Source: Candidatus Hermodarchaeota archaeon
GTDB lineage: Archaea; Asgardarchaeota; Lokiarchaeia; Sigyniarchaeales; SOKP01
DNA length: 64,000 nt
Reading direction: 5' to 3'
NCBI GenBank assembly: GCA_048885925.1
Contig: JBHLLG010000001.1
Location: 227,105 to 291,104, forward strand
Of this stretch, positions 30,828 to 41,914 are shown piece after piece (position 1 is the first letter of the stretch; each line of letters opens with the position of its first letter). The translations under genes were made by a program, and so were the position numbers. The notes under the pieces are model-generated. The model had not been told where the DNA came from. It ran no database searches and was given only the letters and a program-made list of their open reading frames with translations.

Positions 30828-31346
30828 TTAAATACAATTAATTAAATTAAATGAACAAATCTTAATGTAATCATCAAATTTCTTTTGGCTCATATAATCT
30901 TCCATAACCTGTTTTAAAATCGTTTCCATTGTGTTAATACCAGCTGTAAATCCTTTCATATCTTTTGTTAGAAGCAGCATAAAATTTTGATTTGTTGCTA
31001 TATAAAAACAACCAGAATTTATTTCAATATTAGAATAGGTTTCAATAATATTATTGGTGTTTTGAATCGTTTCTGGTAAAGTTAATAGAACAATCAAAAA
31101 AGTCTCTGAAAACTCTTCCTTTAAATAGGAATCTCTTATTCCTGCTGCTTGTAAAGGGTTATTAGTATATGACTTAATTAAGTATTGAAGCTTGGTGAGA
31201 TCCTTTCTTAATTTGCTTTTATTATGAAAAAAAACGAATTTATTATTTAATATTAAAGGTTCTTCATCTAAATACGTTATTTTTAGAGGAACTTTTTCAA
31301 ATTTAAACTCTTTGAGGAAAGTGGACATTCTATTCTTTATAATCAA
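30828..31346 (-). CDS. hypothetical protein resembling the GH20 N-terminal (zincin-like) domain
   Basis: P.KI..; GCFYI..LL..D.KG..GI.T..QV pattern. Confidence 0.45.
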   Translation of the reverse strand: MIIKNRMSTFLKEFKFEKVPLKITYLDEEPLILNNKFVFFHNKSKLRKDLTKLQYLIKSYTNNPLQAAGIRDSYLKEEFSETFLIVLLTLPETIQNTNNIIETYSNIEINSGCFYIATNQNFMLLLTKDMKGFTAGINTMETILKQVMEDYMSQKKFDDYIKICSFNLINCI

Positions 31347-31437
31347 TTGTTTTATTTAATTATAGGTAATTTCATTTAATAGAAAAACTTCATGAATTTA
31401 AATAGTAAGTAAATTTCAATAAAAATTTTGAAAATTT

Positions 31438-32430
31438 ATGAAATTCGGAACACTTAATTTCGAAAATAGGTACTTTCTTGCACCAATGCTTGATGTTACC
31501 ACTGGTCCTTACCGTAGGTTTTGTAGAAAATTTCAAAAGGTGGGTTTAGTTAGTGTTCCTATGCTATACACTAAAAAAATTGAAAAAAGTCCAAAATCTA
31601 TCGAAAAAGAACTCTTTAAGATTGAAGAGGAGCGCCCTATCAGTGTACAATTAATTGGTTCGAATTCAGAAGCTCTGAAAAAAACAATCAATTATCTTGA
31701 AAGTTATAATTATGATGTTTTAGATTTTAATGCAGGGTGCCCCTCTAAAAGGGCAATTAAAGCAAAGGAAGGAGGGTATTTAATGAAAGATTTAGAAAAA
31801 TTGAAATCATTAATTAATATAGCAAAAAAATACTCATCTAAGCCTGTTTCACTTAAAATTAGAACTGGGTATGATAAAACTTTTAATGTTGAAGAGATGG
31901 GAAAAATAATTAATGACTCTGATATAGAATTTTTAGTTATTCATGCGCGAACTGTCAAAGATAATTTTAATGAAAGAACTTTGGATTTAGATACTGTAAA
32001 ACGATTAAAAGAATATATAACTATTCCACTGGTTGGAAATGGTGATATTATTAGTCCAAAAAGTGCAAAATATTTTGTTGATTATACTAAAGTTGATGCT
32101 TTAATGATAGGGAGAGAATCGATGGGGAATCCAGAAATTTTCAATCAACTCCACCACTATTTTACAAAAGGCAAAGAGATATTATTTAAAAAAGATTTTG
32201 ATTTATTTGAAAAATATTTTGAGATTTATGAAGAAATTATTAATGATTTTCTTAACGGAATTCCACATCCATTTGGCAATGAAGATATTAAATTTATTGA
32301 ATTGAAGCGGAATGCCATATGGTTAACTAAAAATATTAAGAACTCTAGAAACATAAGATTTGAATTAAGTAGAGCAAATAATCTTGCCCAAATCAAGAAT
32401 ATAATAAAAAAAATCACAGGATATAATTAA
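31438..32430 (+). CDS. tRNA-dihydrouridine synthase
   Basis: LAPM, VQLIG, NAGCP, KIRTG, IHART, GNGDI, MIGR. Confidence 0.93.
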   Translation: MKFGTLNFENRYFLAPMLDVTTGPYRRFCRKFQKVGLVSVPMLYTKKIEKSPKSIEKELFKIEEERPISVQLIGSNSEALKKTINYLESYNYDVLDFNAGCPSKRAIKAKEGGYLMKDLEKLKSLINIAKKYSSKPVSLKIRTGYDKTFNVEEMGKIINDSDIEFLVIHARTVKDNFNERTLDLDTVKRLKEYITIPLVGNGDIISPKSAKYFVDYTKVDALMIGRESMGNPEIFNQLHHYFTKGKEILFKKDFDLFEKYFEIYEEIINDFLNGIPHPFGNEDIKFIELKRNAIWLTKNIKNSRNIRFELSRANNLAQIKNIIKKITGYN

Positions 32431-32453
32431 AAAACTAGATTTATTTAAGAATT

Positions 32454-33473
32454 TTATTTATATTTTTTTAAAAGCTCCTCTGGAGTATAAACTCCATCTT
32501 CAGTAAGTATACCTGTTACTAACCTAAATGGGGTAATATCGAAAGCATAATTTAAACAATCAACTCCATCAGGAACAATTTGAACTTTTCCTAATATAGT
32601 ACTAACTTCTGTACTATCTCTCTGTTCAATTATAACATCATCAATAGTTTCATGAAGAGATAATGTGGAGGTAGGAGCCGCGACGTAAAAAGGAATATTA
32701 TTATCTTTTGCTGCTAAGGCAACCAAATAAGTTCCAATTTTATTAAATACGGCATCTGAAGTCACTCTATCAGTTCCAACAATTACCTTATTTATTTTCC
32801 CAAGTCTCATTAATAATCCAGATGATGTATCTGAAATTACTTTTACTGGAATTTTATCATATTTTAATTCATATGCGGTTAATCTAGCTCCTTGTAATCT
32901 AGGTCTAGTTTCATCTGCAATTACTTCAATTTTTTTCCCTTGTTCTATTGCTGTTCTCACAGGAGCTAAAGCAGTGCCATATTGAACAGTTGCAAGTGAT
33001 CCAGCATTACAATGAGTTAAAACTACATCCCCATCATTCAACAATGCTGCTCCATTTCTACCGATACTTTTATTAACATTAATATCTTCTTGAGCCATTA
33101 GTTTAGCCTCTTCAATAACAAGCTCCGATAAATTAGTAGGTTGATCAGGATAATCTTTAATTATTTTCCAAATTCGATCAACAGCCCAAAATAAATTAGA
33201 TGCTGTAGGTCTAGTATTTCTAATTAATTTCGCAGCATCCTCCATTTTTTCAAGGAAATCCTCCTTCTGCAATCCTTTATATTCGATTGTAGCTAAAGCC
33301 ATGCCCATTGCTGCTGCTACACCGATTGCAGGAGCACCACGGATATTCATTACTTTAATCGCTGTTGCTACATCCCTAAAATCATCAAACTCAAGAAACT
33401 CAAGATTATATGGAAGTTTAGTTTGATCAATCATTTTTACCTTATTATTGAAGAATTCTATAGAAGGAATCAT
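32454..33473 (-). CDS. mtnA: S-methyl-5-thioribose-1-phosphate isomerase (eIF2B-like family)
   Basis: IDQTKLP, IRGAPAIG, RPTA.NL, THCNAGSLAT, DETRP.LQGARLT, NKIGTY. Confidence 0.9.
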   Translation of the reverse strand: MIPSIEFFNNKVKMIDQTKLPYNLEFLEFDDFRDVATAIKVMNIRGAPAIGVAAAMGMALATIEYKGLQKEDFLEKMEDAAKLIRNTRPTASNLFWAVDRIWKIIKDYPDQPTNLSELVIEEAKLMAQEDINVNKSIGRNGAALLNDGDVVLTHCNAGSLATVQYGTALAPVRTAIEQGKKIEVIADETRPRLQGARLTAYELKYDKIPVKVISDTSSGLLMRLGKINKVIVGTDRVTSDAVFNKIGTYLVALAAKDNNIPFYVAAPTSTLSLHETIDDVIIEQRDSTEVSTILGKVQIVPDGVDCLNYAFDITPFRLVTGILTEDGVYTPEELLKKYK

Positions 33474-33556
33474 GACTATATGTAATATTGTAAACTTTAA
33501 ATAATTAATAAAAAGTAAATATGACCAATCAAAACTAAATTTTAACTACTTTTTTT

Positions 33557-33946
33557 TTAGTCATCAATCACGCAATCAGCTTCAATTTCAACTAACCACT
33601 CAGGATCGACAAAGCTACTCACTTCTAAAAATGTGCAAGCTGGTCTGATATTGGAAAAGTATTCTCCATGTGCTTGAGCTGCTTCTTTCCATTTAGAAAT
33701 ATCAATTAACATTATTCTGGTACGAATAACATTCATAAGATTGCCTCCTGCATCTTCAATTGCTTTCTTTATAATATTTAAACAGTGTTTTGTTTGTCTA
33801 TACAGATCAGATGGGTAAGCTGTTGAACCATCTAAAGCAATTGGTGCAGTTCCTGACACAGAAATAATATTATTAATTCTTACTGCTCTTGAGAAGCCAA
33901 TATGCTCTTCATATGGAGATCCTGAAGAAATATTTTTTCTTACCAT
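33557..33946 (-). CDS. RidA/YjgF family protein
   Basis: GFSRAVR, VSGT, IRPA.T, VEIEA. Confidence 0.9.
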   Translation of the reverse strand: MVRKNISSGSPYEEHIGFSRAVRINNIISVSGTAPIALDGSTAYPSDLYRQTKHCLNIIKKAIEDAGGNLMNVIRTRIMLIDISKWKEAAQAHGEYFSNIRPACTFLEVSSFVDPEWLVEIEADCVIDD

Positions 33947-34071
33947 GAATCTCTATAATAAATTAATCCTTAAAAAATAAACTTTGAATGGGTTAATTAA
34001 TTGATTTGTAAATTAAAAGAAAAAAGGATATAATTCAAGTATTTTTATGTGCATCAGATAAAAAAAGTCAT

Positions 34072-36573
34072 TTGAAAATAAGAATGATTATAGAAAATAA
34101 TTTAATTAGAATAACTATCGAAGAAAATCAGAATTTTACATCAGAAAGAGTTGAAATAAAGGATAAAGATAACATTATTCCTGTACTTGCTAGTGATGAT
34201 GGATATAGTACTTTATGCTACTGGACCAAAAATGAAAGAAAAACAAAATTCCTTTCATATCGTAAAAGCACTAAAAAAAAATTATATTACCAACTTAATG
34301 ATAATGATTTTCAATTAGATTTAGATTATTGCTTAGAAGAGAATAACATTATTCACATTAGATACAAATTATTTAATAAAAATCCAATACAATTATCAAA
34401 ACTACTTGTAAATTATTCTATTTTATTAGAAAAAGATCCAGATTTTACTTGGGTTCCGCATCATTGTCCTGGAGAAGATTTTGTTATTGGAGACCACGTA
34501 TTTCGCTCACCTGTAATAATTTACAAAAAAAATAAATATACCTTTGCATTCATTCCCGATTTGAAAACCCTTAGAAATAACCACCCATTTCAATCTTTTA
34601 TTAATTTCAATTTAAAACCTTATGATATAGATAAGAAACCTCAATTATCTTATGGATTTGGAAATTATAAACCAGTTAAACATAAACTCTTCAAACACGA
34701 TCCATTAAGAGAATGGTATATTGAGCCGAATACAGATTTAACTTTTCGTTTTTATATAATTATCTTTATTGATAAAGATATCGATGACATTCTACATATC
34801 ATTAATAACTTCTTTTGGGAGAAATATGGTAAGAAATATATTAATGAAAGTTTAAATCCTCAGATTTTACCATATGAAAAGAATGTTCAAGAAGGGTATG
34901 CCGCCATTTTTGAACGTCATAAAGTTTGGGGAGATTTTAAGATAAGTAATATAGATTGTGGAGGCATTTGGTTTAGATCATGGGCTGGAAAAAAGAAAAA
35001 AGCTATTGAATACATAAAACCTGAGTATTTAGATGATTTTCGAAAAAATAGTACATCTGGAATGCCTAGTATACAATCTAAAACTATTGATATGGTGAAT
35101 GAATTAACATATGACCCAGAAAAGGTTAAGTGGTTTGATAGCTTTACACGTAAAAGAGCATATATTCCAAGGACTGCAGAAATTTGGAATAATGCATTTT
35201 TTCTCAATGTTAGGACAGGTTTTGGTTTAGTTTTTTTTGGAAAGTTATGGAGTAATAATGAATTGATTGAAAGAGGAACCAGAACTTTAAATACAATACT
35301 AAAATTATCTCGAATTAGGGGTCTATTCCCAAGTGTAATTTTTCCTTCCTCACCGAATTCTGAAGTAATTTCTACTATTAATGGGCTTAAAGCATTTGGT
35401 TATACAGATGATTTTCATGTAGTTGATTCATGTTTAGCAATGTATTGGGCACTTAAATACTATGAAGATCTCGAAAAGAATGAAGAAATCCTTGCGAAAT
35501 GTAAAATGTTAGTAGATCTTTTAGAGAAAATACAACAAATAAGTGGTGAAATTCCAACTTTCATAAATTTTAAGGAAAACAATGAACAAGTTGTTATTAG
35601 AGATTTATTAATTGATTCAGCTAGTTCTGGAGCTTCACTAATGTTTTTAACAGAATATTATAAAATTTCAAGAGATTTAAAGAGTTTCTCAATTGCTAAG
35701 AAAATTGCTAAATTCATCAAGAAAAAAATTGTCCCATCAAACAAATGGCAGGATTTCGAACCTTACTTTAGCTGTAGCCAATTGCTCTTAGACACGTATG
35801 ATCATTATACAAAAAGCCATATTATGAATACTTTGAGTATCTATTGGTCCGCTGAGGGTTTTAAAGAACTTTTCAAGATTACAAATAGTGTAGATTATCT
35901 AAAAATTGGTGAATATGTATTAGCGATATTATCATTGTTTCAACAAGTATGGGACATGCCCTATATTAGCATTAATACATTTGGAGGATTTGGAGTTCAA
36001 AATTCAGATGCCGAGTTGAATGATGCTCGACAGGCTTTATTTGTTCGCACCTATATGGAATATTATCTATTAACTGGTAAAAAAGAATATATGGAAAGAG
36101 GTATTGCAGCATTAAGGGCATCTTGGGTTTTACAATTATTAAAAGATTATGAAGATTTATGCCCTGGTAATATACAAGGAATTGATACTATTGACGGCAT
36201 AGATAAAGGTGTGGTATATGAGAATTATGGTCATACTGGAAGTGATTTTAGAACCCCTGGATTAGCTCCATTTAATTGGGGGGTGGGTACAGCTGCTACT
36301 GCTACTGCATATGTAAAGAAACATTTTGGAGACTTATTCATAGATTTTAAGGAAAAATCTATTTGGGGTATTGACGGTATATTAATAAAACAATTTCAGT
36401 TTTTAGGAGAAAAAATTAAAGTAGAGTATTACATAATTCCTGAGAAAAAGAATTTTCTCATCAAGGCTAGAGAAGCTCCCTATTATCCAATAGAAATTAT
36501 ATTAAATGAAAAATCTATTGGTATATACAATAAAAAAGCTTTAGAGGAAGGATTCAAACAATATTTTGATTAG
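34072..36573 (+). CDS. large hypothetical protein, probable (alpha/alpha)6-barrel glycosidase-like C-terminal domain
   Basis: Repeats such as ELFKIT...YL and EYY.LTG..EY.ERG.AA, typical of six-hairpin folds. Confidence 0.5.
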   Translation: MKIRMIIENNLIRITIEENQNFTSERVEIKDKDNIIPVLASDDGYSTLCYWTKNERKTKFLSYRKSTKKKLYYQLNDNDFQLDLDYCLEENNIIHIRYKLFNKNPIQLSKLLVNYSILLEKDPDFTWVPHHCPGEDFVIGDHVFRSPVIIYKKNKYTFAFIPDLKTLRNNHPFQSFINFNLKPYDIDKKPQLSYGFGNYKPVKHKLFKHDPLREWYIEPNTDLTFRFYIIIFIDKDIDDILHIINNFFWEKYGKKYINESLNPQILPYEKNVQEGYAAIFERHKVWGDFKISNIDCGGIWFRSWAGKKKKAIEYIKPEYLDDFRKNSTSGMPSIQSKTIDMVNELTYDPEKVKWFDSFTRKRAYIPRTAEIWNNAFFLNVRTGFGLVFFGKLWSNNELIERGTRTLNTILKLSRIRGLFPSVIFPSSPNSEVISTINGLKAFGYTDDFHVVDSCLAMYWALKYYEDLEKNEEILAKCKMLVDLLEKIQQISGEIPTFINFKENNEQVVIRDLLIDSASSGASLMFLTEYYKISRDLKSFSIAKKIAKFIKKKIVPSNKWQDFEPYFSCSQLLLDTYDHYTKSHIMNTLSIYWSAEGFKELFKITNSVDYLKIGEYVLAILSLFQQVWDMPYISINTFGGFGVQNSDAELNDARQALFVRTYMEYYLLTGKKEYMERGIAALRASWVLQLLKDYEDLCPGNIQGIDTIDGIDKGVVYENYGHTGSDFRTPGLAPFNWGVGTAATATAYVKKHFGDLFIDFKEKSIWGIDGILIKQFQFLGEKIKVEYYIIPEKKNFLIKAREAPYYPIEIILNEKSIGIYNKKALEEGFKQYFD

Positions 36574-37444
36574 ATTTATGAATATATTAAAATCCCCCAT
36601 AATATCTTGTAGTCGGAGGACAGATATACCTGCATTTTTAATGAATTGGGTTATTCAACAAATTAAAATTGGGTACGTCGATGTGGTAAATCCTTTTAAT
36701 CGAAGCCAAATAACTCGTATTTCATTAAAACCAGACGATGTTAAATGTTGGGTATGGTGGTCAAAAGATTTTGGAAATTGGATAGAAGTTTATAATCAAC
36801 ATATTGATTTATTTAAATTATATAGAGGGCATTATTTTCAATTTACAATAAATTCACCTTCAGAGTTAGAAAAAGGTATTAATATCTCTTTAGAAGATAG
36901 ATTCAAACAATTAGAGTGGTTAATAAAAGAATTTGGAACATTAGCAGTAAATTACAGGTTTGATCCAATAATTTTGTATAAAAAGTATGATTCAAATCAA
37001 TTGAAAAGTAATTTAAGTAAATTTGAATATATTATTGAATATGTATCATCGCTGGGGTTGAAAGAAATGATATTTTCTTTTGCTACAATTTATCCAAAAG
37101 TAAAGACTAGGATGAGAGCTAGGGATTATATACCTATAGATGCTTCAATAAAGAAAAAAAAAGAAATCCTTGTTAAATTATTTGAGATCTGCCAGCAAAA
37201 TAACATGAAAATGAAGGCATGCTGTCAACCAGACTTACTTGGATTAAATGATATTGAACAAGCACATTGTATTGATGCTAATAAAATTGAAAAGATTGTT
37301 GGGGAACCAATTCCTAAAGTTTTGGATAGCGGGCAACGAAAAGATTGTGGATGCTTTAAATCGAAAGATATTGGAGGTTATTCCGGAATCTTTCGTTGTA
37401 AACATAATTGTGATTATTGTTATGCTTCCCCTGCTAAAAGATGA
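36566..37444 (+). CDS. DUF1848-family (radical-SAM-related) protein
   Basis: IIS.SRRTDIPAF, WSK, RFDPI, C-terminal QR..CGC..SKDIG...C.HNC.YCYA. Confidence 0.88.
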   Translation: MIRFMNILKSPIISCSRRTDIPAFLMNWVIQQIKIGYVDVVNPFNRSQITRISLKPDDVKCWVWWSKDFGNWIEVYNQHIDLFKLYRGHYFQFTINSPSELEKGINISLEDRFKQLEWLIKEFGTLAVNYRFDPIILYKKYDSNQLKSNLSKFEYIIEYVSSLGLKEMIFSFATIYPKVKTRMRARDYIPIDASIKKKKEILVKLFEICQQNNMKMKACCQPDLLGLNDIEQAHCIDANKIEKIVGEPIPKVLDSGQRKDCGCFKSKDIGGYSGIFRCKHNCDYCYASPAKR

Positions 37445-37462
37445 CAAATTGTATTCTAATTT

Positions 37463-37912
37463 CTATGTATCCTTGAAATATTTATGTAATTCTATAAATG
37501 ATGGAACTACTCCAAGTTCAGTTAAAATATCATAAAAACAAAAAGCGCCCCATCGATCAATAATTTTACGTTCAGAATTCAGATATAAAATTGTAGCACC
37601 TTCAAATGATACTTCTTTCTTGGTTGGTTCAAATCCCCATGCTTTTCCTAGATGAGTACCATATCCTTTATAACGAATCCATACTTTATTTTCTTCTCCG
37701 ACTATATCAACCACTTCATATTTTAAATTAGGAAAGATACTTCGAAAATAAGTGATTTCATGTTTTACTTGAGCAGGTCCACTTTTAGGGATAGAAATCC
37801 AATTTGGTTTGTATAAAGGATCTACTATTTCATCCGCAAGTGTTAGATCTGGCTTACTCCACATCTCTTCAAACCATAATTTTCCAATTTTTTCAGTTTC
37901 TTCAATGTTCAT
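37463..37912 (-). CDS. SnoaL-like ester cyclase family protein
   Basis: FP.LKY.V.D...E..KV..R...GTH.G..G..PT.K. Confidence 0.85.
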   Translation of the reverse strand: MNIEETEKIGKLWFEEMWSKPDLTLADEIVDPLYKPNWISIPKSGPAQVKHEITYFRSIFPNLKYEVVDIVGEENKVWIRYKGYGTHLGKAWGFEPTKKEVSFEGATILYLNSERKIIDRWGAFCFYDILTELGVVPSFIELHKYFKDT

Positions 37913-38087
37913 TTTATAATTTTTAAAATTTAATCTATAAAATAAAAGATATAATTATACATTTTAATAAAATCAAATATTTTGAATATTTAAGAAAACG
38001 CCAAAATAGATGTAAATATAAAATAGTTCGTTTTATATATTACATGGATAGAATATTTTAGTTTTTAATCAATATTGAGGTAATGCA

Positions 38088-38966
38088 ATGCCAAAATGTA
38101 AATTTTATATAGTAGATGTATTTGCTGAAAGAAAATATGAAGGGAATCAGTTAGCTGTATTTATATGTGAAAATGATCTTTCTGATTCAGAAATGCAGAA
38201 AATAGCAAAAGAAATGAACTATTCAGAAACAACTTTTATTACATCACCAAAAAATTATGATGTTCGGATTTTTACTCCAGAAGTAGAATTACCCTTTGCA
38301 GGTCATCCTACTATAGGAACTGCTTTTGTTATTCAACAAGAAATAGTCAAAGGAAATGTGAAAACTATGCTTCTTAACCTTAAAATCGGTCCAATCCCGG
38401 TATTGTTTAAATACAAATCTGGAAATCCTGATATAATATGGATGGAGCAAAATCCACCAACTTTTGGCAGGTTTTTCGATACAGAGCTAGTTACGCAAAT
38501 TCTTAATCTCAAAGAAAAAGATATTGATGCAAGGTTTCCAATTCAAGAAGTTTCAACCGGAGGATATTTCATGATTGTTCCATTGAGAACTTTGGATGCT
38601 TTAAAACGAGTTAAAGTAAATGTCGATAAATGTCTTGATCTTATGGATAAGATTGAATCAAAATCTATATTAGTTTTTTGTCCTGAAGCACGAATCAAAG
38701 GAAATAATTTGAGTGTACGTGTTTTTGCACATTATCATGGGATACCAGAAGATCCAGCAACAGGATCTGGTAATGGTTGTTTAGCGGCATATCTAGTAAA
38801 GCATAAATATTTCATTAAAAATCGTATAGATATTAGAGTTGAGCAAGGTCACGAAGTCGGTCGTCCATCGCTACTTTACTTGAGATCAGAAGAGAATGAT
38901 AGCGGACAAATCAGTGTTTCTGTTGGAGGTAAAGTATTTTTTTCAGCTAAAGGAGAATTAGTATAA
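38088..38966 (+). CDS. PhzF-family isomerase
   Basis: VDVF..GNQLAV, NYSETTF, ELPFAGHPT, EDPATGS, EQG..GRPS. Confidence 0.93.
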   Translation: MPKCKFYIVDVFAERKYEGNQLAVFICENDLSDSEMQKIAKEMNYSETTFITSPKNYDVRIFTPEVELPFAGHPTIGTAFVIQQEIVKGNVKTMLLNLKIGPIPVLFKYKSGNPDIIWMEQNPPTFGRFFDTELVTQILNLKEKDIDARFPIQEVSTGGYFMIVPLRTLDALKRVKVNVDKCLDLMDKIESKSILVFCPEARIKGNNLSVRVFAHYHGIPEDPATGSGNGCLAAYLVKHKYFIKNRIDIRVEQGHEVGRPSLLYLRSEENDSGQISVSVGGKVFFSAKGELV

Positions 38967-39003
38967 AGATTATTTTTATAAATACTAAAAATATCAAATT
39001 TTT

Positions 39004-40122
39004 TTAAGCTTTTGTTCTATAAGCATGAACTCTCTTAACCAGTTCATTTACTTCATTAGGATGAGAAAATAGTGCGCATGGAGATCCATTAGTTTCTAAT
39101 AGATTCTCATTTTCCCTTATAATTTTAAATAATTGACTATCTAAACCTTCTCTCAAAGATGATTTGGTTAAATTATGAGTAGCAATATTAGAAACTGGAC
39201 AAGGTGTTAAGTCTCCTAGCGGTGTTATATGAGCAAATCCTCTTCCTGCCGACACACATCCTCCCATATATTCTTCATCTCCGGGTGAATGAACAATGAA
39301 GATTTGTTTCGTTTCTCGATAATTTAATATCATTTCTCTAAATTTATTACTTTCCTCAGTTGTAAGCATTAATTCAGTATCATTTTTTACAGGGATGTAT
39401 TCAAGAAAGAAAGCTAAACGAATACCTTTAAAGATTATCTTATCAATATTTTGTGGATCCATCCAAAAATTAACATTTTTACGGTTAATCGTTACTGAAA
39501 TTCCACTTATAATCCCTTTATTGTCTAACTCATTAATTGTATTTATGATTTTTTCATAAACACCTAAACCTCTACGCTTATCAGTTAATTCTTGGTTTCC
39601 TTCAATACTTACAACTATAACTGTATTTCTTAGTCGTTTTAATTTTTCAATATCGTTATTTTTTAAGATTGTGCCGTTAGTAAAAATTAAAAATAATCTA
39701 TCTTGAAATTCTTCACTAATTTTTAATAGATTTGGCATTAAAAAAGGTTCTCCTCCAGCTATTATAAAAGCAAATACTCCCATTTCACAGGCTTCTTTGA
39801 TTATTTTTATCCATTGATCAATATCCAGAGTTTTTTGTGTTTTTTCAGAACATAACGTGCCTGTAGCTGCCGCATAACAGCCAGCACATTTAAGGTTACA
39901 ATTTGAAGTAATACTTAAAATTAAGAAAGGTGGTACTTTTATCCCTTTAAGAAGTTCTTCTCCTCTTATTCTGCGTGATTTTTTATACGCTTTTGCTAAC
40001 CGCATCATTTTATACATACTTTTTGGATGTTTCAAAATCCATGGCATAAAGACTTTCGCCATCTTTGGATCAACTTTCTTTAAAGTTCGATCTATAACCA
40101 GAGTAGTTTTATTATCCACCAT
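39004..40122 (-). CDS. radical SAM/SPASM-like protein
   Basis: CNLKCAGC, GGEP, FTNG, GCVSAGR...I...G...PCP. Confidence 0.88.
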   Translation of the reverse strand: MVDNKTTLVIDRTLKKVDPKMAKVFMPWILKHPKSMYKMMRLAKAYKKSRRIRGEELLKGIKVPPFLILSITSNCNLKCAGCYAAATGTLCSEKTQKTLDIDQWIKIIKEACEMGVFAFIIAGGEPFLMPNLLKISEEFQDRLFLIFTNGTILKNNDIEKLKRLRNTVIVVSIEGNQELTDKRRGLGVYEKIINTINELDNKGIISGISVTINRKNVNFWMDPQNIDKIIFKGIRLAFFLEYIPVKNDTELMLTTEESNKFREMILNYRETKQIFIVHSPGDEEYMGGCVSAGRGFAHITPLGDLTPCPVSNIATHNLTKSSLREGLDSQLFKIIRENENLLETNGSPCALFSHPNEVNELVKRVHAYRTKA

Positions 40123-40463
40123 AATTTCCTTTAACTTTTTGTTTATTCAAATTAAGGAAAAATCAATATAATTTTTAACAAAGAAAAATCTAACTTATAA
40201 CTTTAGTAGTCCAATTTTTAAAAAGAGTAAAATTAATAAAATTTTACCAACATTTATGTCTATTTAATTATTTTTTATGAATAAAAAGTATTATTATTTA
40301 TAGTTTCATTAAACGACCATTCTTCATAAAAATTTTAATATTGGTAAAATAGTAATTTAATGGTGATAATTAGTTTTTAGTTAAGGATAAATTATTTTAA
40401 ATCATTTCTATATTAAATTTTGAATAATTTTAACAATTAGATAGTCATTAAATCCCTTATATT

Positions 40464-41903
40464 ATGGATCTGAAAATCAAATTTGGCTTTTTAACTGTTC
40501 TTGTAATAATTTTTCAGTCATTTTTAAAATTAATTGGGGTCTTAATCACAGGAAGCTTAAGTTTTCTTTCTGAAACTGCTGATACTTTTACAGACATATT
40601 GTTTGTCTCGATTACTTTATACTCTTTATATCATAGTCAAAAACCTGCAGATTATGAACATATGTATGGTCATACGAAAACAGATTCGATAGGAGCTCTG
40701 ATTCAAGGAATTATATTAATGAATATATATGTTTTGTTAATTTATAACGCGTTTTTAGCAATTATTCAAAATAGAATTCAAATCACTGAACCTGGAATAG
40801 GTCTTATTATTTTAATAATCTCATTTTCTGTAAATGTAATTTTCTCAAGGATCCTTATTTTTCAAGGCAAGCGTAGTAAAAGTTTGACCTTAGAAATTCA
40901 AGGTCTTAATTTATTTCAAGATTCTATGAGAGCAATTTTAGTTTTTATTAGTTTTATTTTAGCATATTTTAATTTTATTTTTGTTGATCCTATTTTAAGT
41001 ATTATTCTATCTGTTTGGATAATAAGCGGAGCGGTGAAATTGGCAAGAAATGGTATAAAAGAACTTACTGATACAAATCCTATAAATTTAATTATTATAG
41101 AGGAATTGAGAGAAAAAATTTTTAAATTAGAACATGTTGTTGGTTTGCATAACATAAAAATTAGAACAAGCGGTAAAATATTATTTTTAGAAGTTCATTT
41201 ATCTGTTGAAGATCATATATCCATCGTTCATGCTAATGAAATTATCAAGTCTATAAGAACTCTGAGTAAGAAGATATTTCCATTATATGAAGTTGAGTGT
41301 ATCGTCGAAATGAATCCTATGGCTAGTGAAAAATCAATAGGCGAAGGTATATTAAATTTAATTTTTTCAATGAAGTCAGAATATCCAGAAATTGTAAATT
41401 TCAAAGATCTTAACATTTTCAGTATTGAAAATGAGTACTTCATTTCTCTGATTATTATAGTTGATGATTCTCTTTCACTTGCAAAAGCTCATAAAATATC
41501 TTCTCTTTTTGAAAGTGAAATTAAAAAACAAGCACCACTTATATCAAGAGTTATTACACATATAGAAAGTGAAACTCCCAAAGATACATTAATTCCAAAT
41601 CAGATTAAATGTGCTGATGTAGGACCAGAAATGATACAACAAATAAGTGACTCGGTTGAAAAAGTTATAAGATCACATCCCCAAGTCAAAGGATTTCATG
41701 GGTTAGAATTTTGGGCTACATTAGATTATTGTATCTTAGAAGCTCATATATTTTTTGATGGTTCATTGAATATTTCGCAAATTCATGACTATATATCTGA
41801 ATTAGAAGTCAATATTAGAGAAGAGCTAGGTATTGACAATTTAGATACAATATTTCTTCATTCTGAACCAATCGAAGAACAAAAAGAAGGTATATTCTTT
41901 TAA
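40464..41903 (+). CDS. cation diffusion facilitator with three tandem cytoplasmic dimerisation domains
   Basis: KPAD.EH.YGH.K, DP; three repeats ending in the H.E/EM.P pattern. Confidence 0.88.
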   Translation: MDLKIKFGFLTVLVIIFQSFLKLIGVLITGSLSFLSETADTFTDILFVSITLYSLYHSQKPADYEHMYGHTKTDSIGALIQGIILMNIYVLLIYNAFLAIIQNRIQITEPGIGLIILIISFSVNVIFSRILIFQGKRSKSLTLEIQGLNLFQDSMRAILVFISFILAYFNFIFVDPILSIILSVWIISGAVKLARNGIKELTDTNPINLIIIEELREKIFKLEHVVGLHNIKIRTSGKILFLEVHLSVEDHISIVHANEIIKSIRTLSKKIFPLYEVECIVEMNPMASEKSIGEGILNLIFSMKSEYPEIVNFKDLNIFSIENEYFISLIIIVDDSLSLAKAHKISSLFESEIKKQAPLISRVITHIESETPKDTLIPNQIKCADVGPEMIQQISDSVEKVIRSHPQVKGFHGLEFWATLDYCILEAHIFFDGSLNISQIHDYISELEVNIREELGIDNLDTIFLHSEPIEEQKEGIFF

Positions 41904-41914
41904 TAAATACCCAT

